Below are positions 47,476 through 56,572 of a stretch of 64,000 nt of DNA, piece by piece. The notes beneath the pieces were generated by a model. The model was not told where the DNA came from. It saw nothing but the letters and a program-made list of their open reading frames with translations, and made no database searches. The stretch comes from an uncultured delta proteobacterium (lineage in GTDB: Bacteria; Myxococcota_A; Polyangia; Polyangiales; Polyangiaceae), in contig CAWJCS010000005.1 in assembly GCA_963841435.1 (NCBI GenBank), forward strand, positions 512,001 through 576,000, in the 5' to 3' direction. The position numbers and the translations under genes are program-made. Position 1 is the stretch's first letter. Each line of letters starts with the position of its first letter.

Positions 47476-49494
47476 ATGTACCGGACGCTCCTCGGCATCG
47501 TCGGCGTGCTCCTCGCGGCACTGTCCGTCGCCGCGCTGACTTTCTCGACGACGCTGGATCGACCGGCGGATCTCAGGATCGTCAACGGGACCGAACCCCA
47601 GTCGCTCGATCCACAGCTCACGAGCGGCGAGCCCGAGGCGCGCGTCGAGGAGGCGCTCTTCGAGGGGCTCACACGCTTCGACCCCGAGACACTGCGGCCC
47701 GCGCCCGGCGTCGCCGAGTCGTGGGAAATCTCCGCCGACGCGACCACCTACACTTTCCACATCAGAAAGAACGCACGCTGGAGCGATGGCCGCCCCGTGA
47801 CCGCGAAAGACTTCGTCAAATCGTGGCAGCGCGTGCTCGACCCAGCGATCGGCGCGGAGGTCGCGTACATGCTGTACCCGGTCCGGCTCGCCGAGGCGCT
47901 CAACACCTTCGATGCGCATGCGGCGACGCTCCGCGGCCACGTGCTCCCGGCGCTCGCACGCCTGAAGGAGCAAGCACCCGTCGTCGCCGAGGCGTTCCAG
48001 CGCTTTCTCGTGGACGAACAGGTCGCCGATCCACTGCGCGCCGCCTCGGACGACGGGCCACACGAGCTCCTCGAGCGACGCGCGGGCAGCGTCTCGCGAC
48101 GCGAGCTCGAGGGCTTCGAACGAGAGCTCGCCGGGGCAGCCGAACGGCTCTCGAGCGCGGCTCGAGATGCGAAGCGGCGCTTCGGGCGAGACGCGGGCGT
48201 CATCGCCGTGGACGACCACACGCTCGTCGTCGAGCTCCGCGCGCCCACGCCTTACTTCCTCGAGCTCATGGCCCATCACGCGAGCTACCCGGTGCCACAC
48301 TGGCTCACCGCCGACCCCGTCGTCGGCAGCCGCTGGTTCCTCCCGGAAACGCTGGTCGGCAACGGCCCGTTTCGGCTCACGCGCTGGGTCGTCAACGATC
48401 ACATCCGTCTCGAGCGCAGCGACACGTATTGGGGCAAGGACCAGGTACGCCTCGAGCGCATCGATCTGCTCTCCACCGAGAGCCTGACGACGAACCTGAA
48501 CCTCTATCTGACGGGAGCCGCCGACTGGCTGCCGAAGTACTTTCCGCAGGAGCTTGCGCCCGTGCTGAAACAGCGCGCGGATTTCTACGGAGAGCCGGGC
48601 CTGGTCGTCTATTTTTATCGCCTCAACACGCGAAAGCCGCCGCTCGACGATCGGAGGGTACGAAAGGCGCTGAACCTCGCCATCGATCGCGATCTCATCA
48701 CGAAACAGGTGCTCGGGCTCGGGCAGCTACCGGCGACGACGTTCGTGCCCCCGGGCCTGCCCGGCTACAAGCCCCCGCCGAGCGCCATCAAGACGGACGT
48801 CGCCGAGGCCCGCCGCTTGCTCGCGCAGGCGGGCTACCCCGGGGGCAAGGGGTTCCCGCGCATCGGCGTGCTCTACAACACGAGCGAGGACCACAAGCGT
48901 CTCGCCGACGTCGTCGCGGACCAGCTCCGGCGCGCGCTCGGCATCGACATTTCCGCCTACAACCAGGAATGGCAGTCGTACCTAACGACGACGCGCGCCG
49001 GTGACTTCGAGATCGCACGCGCCGGGTGGATCGGCGATTACGTCGATCCGAACACGTTTCTCGACATGTGGGTGACGAACGGCGCCAACAACTACACGGG
49101 CTTCAGCTCGCCGCTCTACGATCGACTGATCGAGCTCGCGGGCAATCCGGCGGCGCTCGCGCGCGATCCCGAGCCCACGCTCCGAGAGGTTCGCGAGCCC
49201 GAGCCGCTTCGAAAGGCGCTCGCCGAGGCAGGGGCCGGGTCGCCGAGCGAACGCGCGGCCGCCGAGGAGCGCATCCGCATGCTGCTCTTCCGCGAGGCGG
49301 AGGCTATCCTCGTCGACGACGAATTCCCCATCATTCCCGTGTATTTCTACGTCAACGCCGGGCTCATCCGAAAGCACGTGCACGGCTTCTCGATGGCGCG
49401 CGTGCTGCCGACCGGGGAGCGCGCCATCAACTCGCAGGACCTTCACCCGTTTCGCGACCTCTGGGTGGACCGACCGAACGCGGTGGCCCCGTGA
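47476..49494 (+). CDS. Oligopeptide ABC substrate-binding protein (OppA type) with insertions
   Basis: NGTEPQSLDP, LFEGL, ARWSDGRPVTA, NGPF and AGWIGDYVDP motifs. Confidence 0.92.
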   Translation: MYRTLLGIVGVLLAALSVAALTFSTTLDRPADLRIVNGTEPQSLDPQLTSGEPEARVEEALFEGLTRFDPETLRPAPGVAESWEISADATTYTFHIRKNARWSDGRPVTAKDFVKSWQRVLDPAIGAEVAYMLYPVRLAEALNTFDAHAATLRGHVLPALARLKEQAPVVAEAFQRFLVDEQVADPLRAASDDGPHELLERRAGSVSRRELEGFERELAGAAERLSSAARDAKRRFGRDAGVIAVDDHTLVVELRAPTPYFLELMAHHASYPVPHWLTADPVVGSRWFLPETLVGNGPFRLTRWVVNDHIRLERSDTYWGKDQVRLERIDLLSTESLTTNLNLYLTGAADWLPKYFPQELAPVLKQRADFYGEPGLVVYFYRLNTRKPPLDDRRVRKALNLAIDRDLITKQVLGLGQLPATTFVPPGLPGYKPPPSAIKTDVAEARRLLAQAGYPGGKGFPRIGVLYNTSEDHKRLADVVADQLRRALGIDISAYNQEWQSYLTTTRAGDFEIARAGWIGDYVDPNTFLDMWVTNGANNYTGFSSPLYDRLIELAGNPAALARDPEPTLREVREPEPLRKALAEAGAGSPSERAAAEERIRMLLFREAEAILVDDEFPIIPVYFYVNAGLIRKHVHGFSMARVLPTGERAINSQDLHPFRDLWVDRPNAVAP

Positions 49495-50678
49495 GCGGCG
49501 GTCGAAGGCTCGCCCTCGGGCTCGTGTTGCTGACGTTCGCCGGGCTCTCGGCGCTCGTGGGGGTGCTGTCGGCGGGCGTCGTGCTGGCAGGGCTCGGTGT
49601 GCTCGCGGGCACGGCGTGGCTCGGGCCGCGTGCCGTTCGCATCACGGGCGGCCTCGCGATCGGCGTCGTCGCCTTCGGCGTCGGCCGGGCCATGGGCGGC
49701 CTGCCCGTCGGCGTGGCGCTCGCCGTCGCCGCGGGCGCGCTCGGCGGGTGGCGTGCGCCGAGCGTCGTGCTCAGGCGCGTGACCTTTCTCGTGCCGTCGC
49801 TCGTGCTGCTCGCGTTCGTGACGACGCTTCTCATGTACCACGCGCCGGGCAACCCCTTCGCCCACGAACGGGCGACGACGCCACAGATCGAGGCGGCGCT
49901 GCGCGCGCATTTCGGGGTGCCGAAGACCGCGACGGAATTCTTCGTCGTCTACATGCGCCGGTTGATCGTCGAGGGGTCGCTCGGGCCGTCGATCAAAGTG
50001 CAGGGGCGCACGGTGGAGTCGCTGCTCGCGCCGGCGCTACCCGTGAGCATCACGCTCGGCCTATTCGCGCTGTGCCTCGCCTGCGCGACGGGCCTCTTGC
50101 TCGGCGTGCGCGCCGGGTTGAAACCGCGCTCGCTGTCGGACTACGCGAGCATGGGCGTTTCGATGATCGGCCTCTCGTTGCCGAGCTTCGTCATCGGCGC
50201 GTCGCTCGTCATCGTGTTCGCGCTCGGCCTGGGCTGGCTGCCCGTGGCGGGGTGGGGCGGCTTTCGGCACCTGATCCTGCCGGCGGTCACGCTTTCCCTG
50301 CCGTACACGGCGTACATCGCGCGCCTCGCGCGCAGCGGCACCATCGAGGTCATGCAGCAAGACTTCGTGCGCACGGCGCGCGCGAAGGGTGTCCCCTCTT
50401 CGGCGATCGTGCTGAAGCACGCGCTCAAGGGGGCCATCTTGCCGGTCGTCTCGTACCTCGGGCCGGCGGCCGCCGGGATCATGACCGGTTCGTTCGTCGT
50501 CGAGACGCTGTTCTCGGTGCCCGGCATGGGGCAGTGGTTCGTGAAGGGCGCCATCAACCGCGACTACTCGCTCGTGCTCGGCACGGCGCTCGTCTACGCG
50601 AGCCTCGTCACGGTCTTCAACCTGCTCGTCAACCTCGCGTACGCATGGCTCGACCCCCGCCTCCGGACGGAGCTTTGA
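49491..50678 (+). CDS. Oligopeptide ABC permease (OppB type) with extra N-terminal TM segment
   Basis: APGNPF, LGPS, FVRTARAKG, NRDY and terminal LDPR. Confidence 0.88.
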   Translation: MSGGRRLALGLVLLTFAGLSALVGVLSAGVVLAGLGVLAGTAWLGPRAVRITGGLAIGVVAFGVGRAMGGLPVGVALAVAAGALGGWRAPSVVLRRVTFLVPSLVLLAFVTTLLMYHAPGNPFAHERATTPQIEAALRAHFGVPKTATEFFVVYMRRLIVEGSLGPSIKVQGRTVESLLAPALPVSITLGLFALCLACATGLLLGVRAGLKPRSLSDYASMGVSMIGLSLPSFVIGASLVIVFALGLGWLPVAGWGGFRHLILPAVTLSLPYTAYIARLARSGTIEVMQQDFVRTARAKGVPSSAIVLKHALKGAILPVVSYLGPAAAGIMTGSFVVETLFSVPGMGQWFVKGAINRDYSLVLGTALVYASLVTVFNLLVNLAYAWLDPRLRTEL

Positions 50679-51559
50679 TGAACGCCCCGGCCGCCTCACG
50701 CACGGTCCCCCGAAGCCCGCGCGCCCGCGCCCTGCACAGGCTACGCAGAAACCGCTTCGCGCTGGTCGGCGCCGTGCTGCTCGCCCTGGTCGCGCTCTCC
50801 TGCTTCCTGTTGCCGGTCCTGCTCGGCCTCGACCCGCTCACCACGCACCCCGCGCTACGGCATCAGCCTCCCTCGGCCGCGCACTGGTTCGGCACCGACG
50901 GCCTCGGGCGCGACTACTTCGCCCGCGTGCTCGCCGGCGGCCAAACGTCCCTGCTCGTCGGCCTCGTCGCGACGATCACCTGCGTCGTCGTGGGCGTGCT
51001 TTACGGCGCGCTCGCGGGCTACTACGGCGGCCGCGTCGACGAGGTGATGATGCGCTTCGTCGATTTTTTGTACGGCATCCCTTACATGTTCCTCGTGATC
51101 CTCATCATGCTCCTGTTCTCGGAGTCCGCGCGGGGCGACCCGGTGCCCGTCTTCGTCGCGCTCGGGCTCGTGGAGTGGCTCACGATGGCGCGCGTCGTGC
51201 GGGGGCAGGTCATCGCGCTCCGTCGCCGCGAGTTCGTCTTGGCCGCGCGGCTACTCGGGGCGAGCGATCTGCGCGTCATCTTGCGGCACATCGTGCCGAA
51301 CGTGCTCGCCGTCGTGATGGTCTACGCAACGCTCACCGTCCCGACGGTGATCATCCTCGAATCGTTTCTGTCGTTTCTCGGGCTCGGCCTCAAGCTTTCC
51401 TGGGGCCAGCTCGTCTCCGAGGCCGTGGGGGTCGTGAACCCGCTCGCCTTCTACTGGTGGCTTCTCCTGTTTCCGAGCGGCCTGCTCGCCACGACGCTGC
51501 TCTCCCTGAACTACCTCGGCGATGGCCTGCGCGACGCCGTCGACCCACGCACCTCATGA
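50678..51559 (+). CDS. Oligopeptide ABC permease (OppC type)
   Basis: HWFGTDGLGRD, ESFLSFLGLG and GDGLRDAVDP motifs. Confidence 0.92.
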   Translation: MNAPAASRTVPRSPRARALHRLRRNRFALVGAVLLALVALSCFLLPVLLGLDPLTTHPALRHQPPSAAHWFGTDGLGRDYFARVLAGGQTSLLVGLVATITCVVVGVLYGALAGYYGGRVDEVMMRFVDFLYGIPYMFLVILIMLLFSESARGDPVPVFVALGLVEWLTMARVVRGQVIALRRREFVLAARLLGASDLRVILRHIVPNVLAVVMVYATLTVPTVIILESFLSFLGLGLKLSWGQLVSEAVGVVNPLAFYWWLLLFPSGLLATTLLSLNYLGDGLRDAVDPRTS

Positions 51560-52581
51560 GGCCCCAAAACGAAGCCGTTGGCCCCGCGCCGCCGCTGCTC
51601 GAGGTGTCGCACCTCACCACGGAGTTTTCTACCGAGGCCGGTACGGTGCGCGCGGTCGAGGACGTGAGCTTCGAGCTTTCACCCGGTGAAATGCTCGGCA
51701 TCGTCGGCGAGTCCGGCTCGGGCAAGAGCGTCACGAGCCTCAGCATCATGGGGCTCTTGCCGCCGCGCGGACGCGTCGTCCGCGGCAGCGTGCGCTTTGC
51801 GGGGCGCGAGCTCTTGGGCCTTTCCGAGCGCGAGCTCAACAGGCTGCGCGGCGGGCGCATCGCCATGATCTTCCAGGACCCGATGACCTCGCTGAACCCG
51901 TACTTGCGCGTGCGCGAGCAGCTCGAAGAGAGCGTCCACCTCCACGCCCGCGTCACTCGCGCCGAGGCTCGCGAGCGCTCACTCGCGCTGCTCGAGCGCG
52001 TGCGCATCCCCGATGCCCGGGCCCGGCTGGAAAGCTACCCGCACGAGCTCAGCGGTGGCATGCGCCAGCGGGTGATGATCGCGATGGCGCTGCTCGGCAA
52101 CCCCGACGTGCTCATCGCCGACGAGCCCACGACGGCCCTCGACGTGACGATCCAGGCGCAAATTCTCGATCTTTTGTCCGAGCTCCAGCGCGAGCGCGGC
52201 CTAGCCGTCGTGCTCATCACGCACGACCTCGGCATCGTGAAGGCCACGTGCGATCGAGCGCTCGTCTTCTACGCCGGGCGTATCGTCGAGACCGCGCCCA
52301 CCCTGGCGCTCTTCGACCGACCCCTGCACCCCTACAGCGCCGCCCTCATCCGGAGCCTGCCGCGCCTCCACGAAAAGAAACTCCCCGAGCCGATTCCCGG
52401 CCTGCCGCCACGGCTCGATCAGGAATCGTTCACGGCCTGCACCTTCCTGCCGCGCTGCCGCTACGCTCACGATGCCTGCCGGCACGGCGACCCCGAGCTC
52501 GTCGAAGCGGAGCCCGGCCGGTTGCGACGCTGCGTGCTTCCCGTCGAGCGGCTCACCGCGACGGGGCCGCCCGTCGCGTGA
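51556..52581 (+). CDS. Oligopeptide ABC ATP-binding protein (OppD type)
   Basis: GESGSGKS, FQDPMTSLNP and LSGGMRQR motifs. Confidence 0.92.
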   Translation: MRPQNEAVGPAPPLLEVSHLTTEFSTEAGTVRAVEDVSFELSPGEMLGIVGESGSGKSVTSLSIMGLLPPRGRVVRGSVRFAGRELLGLSERELNRLRGGRIAMIFQDPMTSLNPYLRVREQLEESVHLHARVTRAEARERSLALLERVRIPDARARLESYPHELSGGMRQRVMIAMALLGNPDVLIADEPTTALDVTIQAQILDLLSELQRERGLAVVLITHDLGIVKATCDRALVFYAGRIVETAPTLALFDRPLHPYSAALIRSLPRLHEKKLPEPIPGLPPRLDQESFTACTFLPRCRYAHDACRHGDPELVEAEPGRLRRCVLPVERLTATGPPVA

Positions 52582-52642
52582 AGCGCTGCGGCGCGTGGCC
52601 TCGACGCCGACGTCGAGCGACCACACGCCGCACCGGCCGCCG

Positions 52643-53596
52643 TCACATGTCTTTGACGCTGACGAGGGCGATGGTGAATGCCGCTGCCGCTGCTCCCCCG
52701 GGGACGATGAGCTGTACGGCATCGATCGGCTGCATCGCATACGCAGTCCCCATGCCACCTTCCCAGCATTCCGTGTTGAACATGGTGTAGGGGATGGTCG
52801 CGGGGCTGCTCGTGAGCGGCGCGCACCAGCGCGTCGAGCCTGCGGCGATCTGAACGCGAACGGCCGGGCCGGTGCTCGTGTAATTCACGACCAGGCTGGT
52901 TCCGGCCGGCGTTACCGTAGACGTCGTCCCTCCGCCTGCGGCCTGGTTCAGGTTGAAGCCCAACCAAATCGTGCCGGCATAGTCGGGGGCCACCGCGGGG
53001 CCCACCGTGCCCATCGCCGTCAACATGCAGCCAGCACCGCACGCGGCGAAGTCCTTCGGCGTCACGGTGCTCGCCGTGTCACCACCGACGGAAGAGTAGC
53101 CGTGCCAGCATCCACCACCGGCGGCAGGCGCTCTGACGAACCCGTCGGGATCCACCACGAACGCGGCGTCGCAGGCGACCGCCGAGGTTCCCGCTCCGCT
53201 ACCTGACGCACCGCTCGCGCCGGCGCCCGACGCTCCACCCGTTGCGACACCGGCGCTGCCGCCCGCGCCCGCGACGGCACCGCCCGTACCCGCGACGGCA
53301 CCACCGGTACCTGCAACGGATCCGCCGGCGCCGCTGAGCGTCCCGCCCGTCCCTGCGACGGCACCACCGACGCCACCGGCTCCGCCGACGCTCGTCACGC
53401 CACCCGTGGCACCGACGCCGCCGCCCACACCGCCGACGCCGCTGCCAGAGGTGCCACCCGCCCCGGTGTTACCGGTTCCACCCGAGCCAGGCGGAGGCGC
53501 GGAGTCCGGGACCTCGAGCGGGGCAGGCCCGCAGGCGACCACGGCAGCGACAGCTAGTGTTAGGTAGGAAGCAAAGGAAATGGCGGAACGGTGCAT
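52643..53596 (-). CDS. Lipoprotein with Gly-rich linker and Cys/Trp-containing C-terminal domain (possibly carbohydrate-binding)
   Basis: VVA-C lipobox, AGTGG repeats, and CWHGY, RWCA and FNTECW segments. Confidence 0.65.
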   Translation of the reverse strand: MHRSAISFASYLTLAVAAVVACGPAPLEVPDSAPPPGSGGTGNTGAGGTSGSGVGGVGGGVGATGGVTSVGGAGGVGGAVAGTGGTLSGAGGSVAGTGGAVAGTGGAVAGAGGSAGVATGGASGAGASGASGSGAGTSAVACDAAFVVDPDGFVRAPAAGGGCWHGYSSVGGDTASTVTPKDFAACGAGCMLTAMGTVGPAVAPDYAGTIWLGFNLNQAAGGGTTSTVTPAGTSLVVNYTSTGPAVRVQIAAGSTRWCAPLTSSPATIPYTMFNTECWEGGMGTAYAMQPIDAVQLIVPGGAAAAAFTIALVSVKDM

Positions 53597-53734
53597 TTCG
53601 GGACCTCGACTCGTCTTTGCTACTCCCCGAAACGGGGCTCGCCAAGACGCATTTCCCATGGTGTGCGCAACTCGCAAATTTGGTGCGGCGAGCGCGCACC
53701 CCGGCTTTGAACGTTGCTGGAAGATTTGGACATA

Positions 53735-54730
53735 ATGGTCACTTCGGACCCCGGGGTCCCGGCGCCCCTCCTGGTCGTGGAGGACCTGGCCGTGCACTAC
53801 GCGGCCACCCAAGGGCCCATCCGTGCCGTCGACGGCGTGAGCTTCGATCTCGCCGAGGGTGAGACCCTCGCGCTCGTCGGTGAGTCGGGCTGCGGGAAGT
53901 CGACCCTGGCCCGCGCCATCGTCGGGCTCGAGACGCCGACGCGCGGGCGGGTGCGTCTCGCGGGCGAGCCGCTCCTGCCATTTCCCGCCGCCACGCGCCG
54001 CGCGCAAAGCAAGACCATCCAGATGGTCTTTCAGGATCCCGACGCGAGCCTCAACCCGCGGCTCCCGATCTTCGCCGCCGTGAGCGAGGCACTCGAGCTC
54101 CACGCCGAGCTCGACCGCGACGAGAGCACGCGGCAAGTGGAGCGACTGCTCGAGAACGTCGGTCTCGATCGCGCGCTCGGCGATCGTTACCCGCACGAGC
54201 TTTCGGGCGGCCAGAAGCAACGCGTCTGCATCGCGCGCGCGCTCGCGGTCGGTCCGAGGTTGCTCGTGTGCGACGAGGCCGTGTCGGCCCTCGATGTCTC
54301 CGTCCAGGCGCAAATCATCGGTTTGCTGGTCGAGCTCCGGCAGCGCCTCGGCCTCTCGTATCTCTTCATCACGCACGATCTCAGGGTGGTACGCCAGATA
54401 GCCGACCGCGTTCTCGTGATGTACCTCGGCAAGCTCGTGGAGCTCGCGAGCGCCGACGACCTCTACGGCGCGCCCGAGCATCCCTACACGAGCGCCCTGC
54501 TCGAGGCGGTGCCCACCCTCGACCGCGGCGCGCCGCCGCGCGCGGCCCTCGGCGAGGTGCCGTCACCCTCCAATCCTCCGGCAGGGTGCCACTTTCACCC
54601 TCGCTGTCCCAGCGTGATGGACCGCTGCCGCCGTGAGCCCCCGCCGCTCTACCGCCTCGGCACGCGACGCTCGCGCTGCTTCCTGTCGGAGCCGAAAAGC
54701 ATTTCCGAAAACCAGAGCTCAGCCTCTTGA
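53735..54730 (+). CDS. Oligopeptide ABC ATP-binding protein (OppF type)
   Basis: [27 protein letters not shown] and GCHFHPRC motifs. Confidence 0.92.
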   Translation: MVTSDPGVPAPLLVVEDLAVHYAATQGPIRAVDGVSFDLAEGETLALVGESGCGKSTLARAIVGLETPTRGRVRLAGEPLLPFPAATRRAQSKTIQMVFQDPDASLNPRLPIFAAVSEALELHAELDRDESTRQVERLLENVGLDRALGDRYPHELSGGQKQRVCIARALAVGPRLLVCDEAVSALDVSVQAQIIGLLVELRQRLGLSYLFITHDLRVVRQIADRVLVMYLGKLVELASADDLYGAPEHPYTSALLEAVPTLDRGAPPRAALGEVPSPSNPPAGCHFHPRCPSVMDRCRREPPPLYRLGTRRSRCFLSEPKSISENQSSAS

Positions 54731-54876
54731 AGATCGGAATGTCGGTCTTAAGTTATTGGTTGAATCACTGAGAGCGAGAAGCCCTCTTCGGCTTTCCGCT
54801 CCCGCCGAGAGCCGCGCGATGCGGCGTCGCGCGCTCGAATACGGCGCAGATCTCTCCGCCGAGAAAGGAGCCCTCC

Positions 54877-55221
54877 ATGTACCAGTCTTGGGTAGCAGCG
54901 GCGGCCCTGGCGGCAGGCACGGGCGTTTTCGCCTACGCCATGACGCTCGAGCGGACGCCCGACATGCCGTCCCTCAGGCCTATGCCGGATTCGGTGCACG
55001 TCGTGCCGCCCCCCGCGGCAACGGCGGTGCCGGAACCAAAAAGCAACGTCGTCGAGGTGCCGCCGATCACCGTGAAGGCTCACCCGCGCGAAGCGCGCTT
55101 GGAGCCGAAGCCCGAACCCGTCGCGACGCGCCCCTGTTCCACTTGGCGCGAAATCGGGCCGGCGCACGTGATCCGCGGCCAGCCCAGCGGCGCGGTCAGC
55201 GTACGCGAGCTCTGCCTCTGA
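54877..55221 (+). CDS. Small hypothetical secreted/membrane protein with C-terminal Cys pair
   Basis: RBS AAAGGAG upstream, hydrophobic N-terminus, Pro-rich linker and CSTWR...ELCL end. Confidence 0.6.
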   Translation: MYQSWVAAAALAAGTGVFAYAMTLERTPDMPSLRPMPDSVHVVPPPAATAVPEPKSNVVEVPPITVKAHPREARLEPKPEPVATRPCSTWREIGPAHVIRGQPSGAVSVRELCL

Positions 55222-55266
55222 GCCCCGGGTGCCCGGCAGGCCCTCGACTGCGCCGGCGCGGTGCTA

Positions 55267-56532
55267 ATGTCGCGCCCCCGCGTGTCGAAACCCACCGAGC
55301 CCCGTAGCACCTTCCGCCCCGTGCCCCGCACCGGGGTCATCTACGTCACCGTGGAGGCGCAACGTGCCGGCTTCCGGGCGGAAGATCCCGAGTGGTGCAA
55401 CCTCGGACAGGGTCAGCCGGAAACCGGCGAGCTCGACGGCGCGCCACCGCGCGTCACGAACGTGTCCATCGCCACGGCGGACCAGGAGTACGCTCCCGTC
55501 GCCGGGCTCTGGGAAGCGCGAGAGGCCGTAGCGAGCCTGTACAACGACCTCTTCCGGCGCGGCATGCCGTCGCGGTACTCGGCCGAGAACGTGGCGCTCT
55601 CGGGCGGCGGTCGCGTCTCCATCATGCGCGCGTGTGCTGCCATCGGGCAGATCCACCTCGGCCACTTCTTGCCGGACTACACCGCGTACGCGGAGCTGCT
55701 CGATATCTTCCGGCGCTTCACGCCGATCCCCATTTTGCTCGACCCCGAGCGTGGCTACGACTTCTCGCTGGGCGAGCTCAGGCGCGAGATCTCCGGGCGC
55801 GGGCTGGGTGCCCTTTTGCTCTCGAACCCTTGCAACCCCACGGGCAAGGCCATCCTCGGCCCCGAGCTCGAAGCATGGGTCGCCACGGCGCGCGAGCTCG
55901 ACTGCACGCTGCTGCTCGACGAGTTCTACTCGCACTACATCTGGCGCGGCGCCGAGCCGCTGATGAGCGCTGCGGCGTTCGTGGAAGACGTCGAGCGCGA
56001 TCCCGTCGTGATCTTCGACGGACTCACGAAGAACTGGCGCTACCCCGGTTGGCGCACCACCTGGACGGTCGGACCGCGCCGCGTCATCGAATCACTGGCG
56101 AGCGCGGGGTCGTTTCTCGACGGCGGCGGCTCGCGCCCGCTGCAGCACGCCGCGCTGGAAGTGCTCACGGCCGAGCACGCCCGCCGCGAGGCCGAGGCCA
56201 TCAAAAAAACGTTCGGCAGGAAGCGCGCGAGGCTGCTCGACGGACTGCGCGCGCTCGGCGTCCGCTTCGAGCGCGAGCCCGACGGCACCTTCTACGCGTG
56301 GGGGAACCTCGAGTCCTTGCCCCCCCCGCTCGATACGGGTGAGGGGCTCTTTCGGGCCGCGCTCGAGCAGAAGGTCATCGTCGTGCCCGGCAGCTTCTTC
56401 GACGTGGACCCCGGCCAGCGCCGCGTGGGCCGCGCCTCGCGCTTTTTGCATCACGCGCGGTTCAGTTTCGGACCAGGGGAAAGCGTGGTCGAGGTCGCGC
56501 TGGGGAGGCTCGAGAAGCTCGTGCGGGGCTGA
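55267..56532 (+). CDS. PLP-dependent aminotransferase class I/II
   Basis: NLGQGQPE, SNPCNPTG, LDEFY and TKNWRYPGWR motifs. Confidence 0.92.
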   Translation: MSRPRVSKPTEPRSTFRPVPRTGVIYVTVEAQRAGFRAEDPEWCNLGQGQPETGELDGAPPRVTNVSIATADQEYAPVAGLWEAREAVASLYNDLFRRGMPSRYSAENVALSGGGRVSIMRACAAIGQIHLGHFLPDYTAYAELLDIFRRFTPIPILLDPERGYDFSLGELRREISGRGLGALLLSNPCNPTGKAILGPELEAWVATARELDCTLLLDEFYSHYIWRGAEPLMSAAAFVEDVERDPVVIFDGLTKNWRYPGWRTTWTVGPRRVIESLASAGSFLDGGGSRPLQHAALEVLTAEHARREAEAIKKTFGRKRARLLDGLRALGVRFEREPDGTFYAWGNLESLPPPLDTGEGLFRAALEQKVIVVPGSFFDVDPGQRRVGRASRFLHHARFSFGPGESVVEVALGRLEKLVRG

Positions 56533-56572
56533 CCCCCTTGTCCCCGCGGCCAGCCTCCTCAAGGATGGCCGC

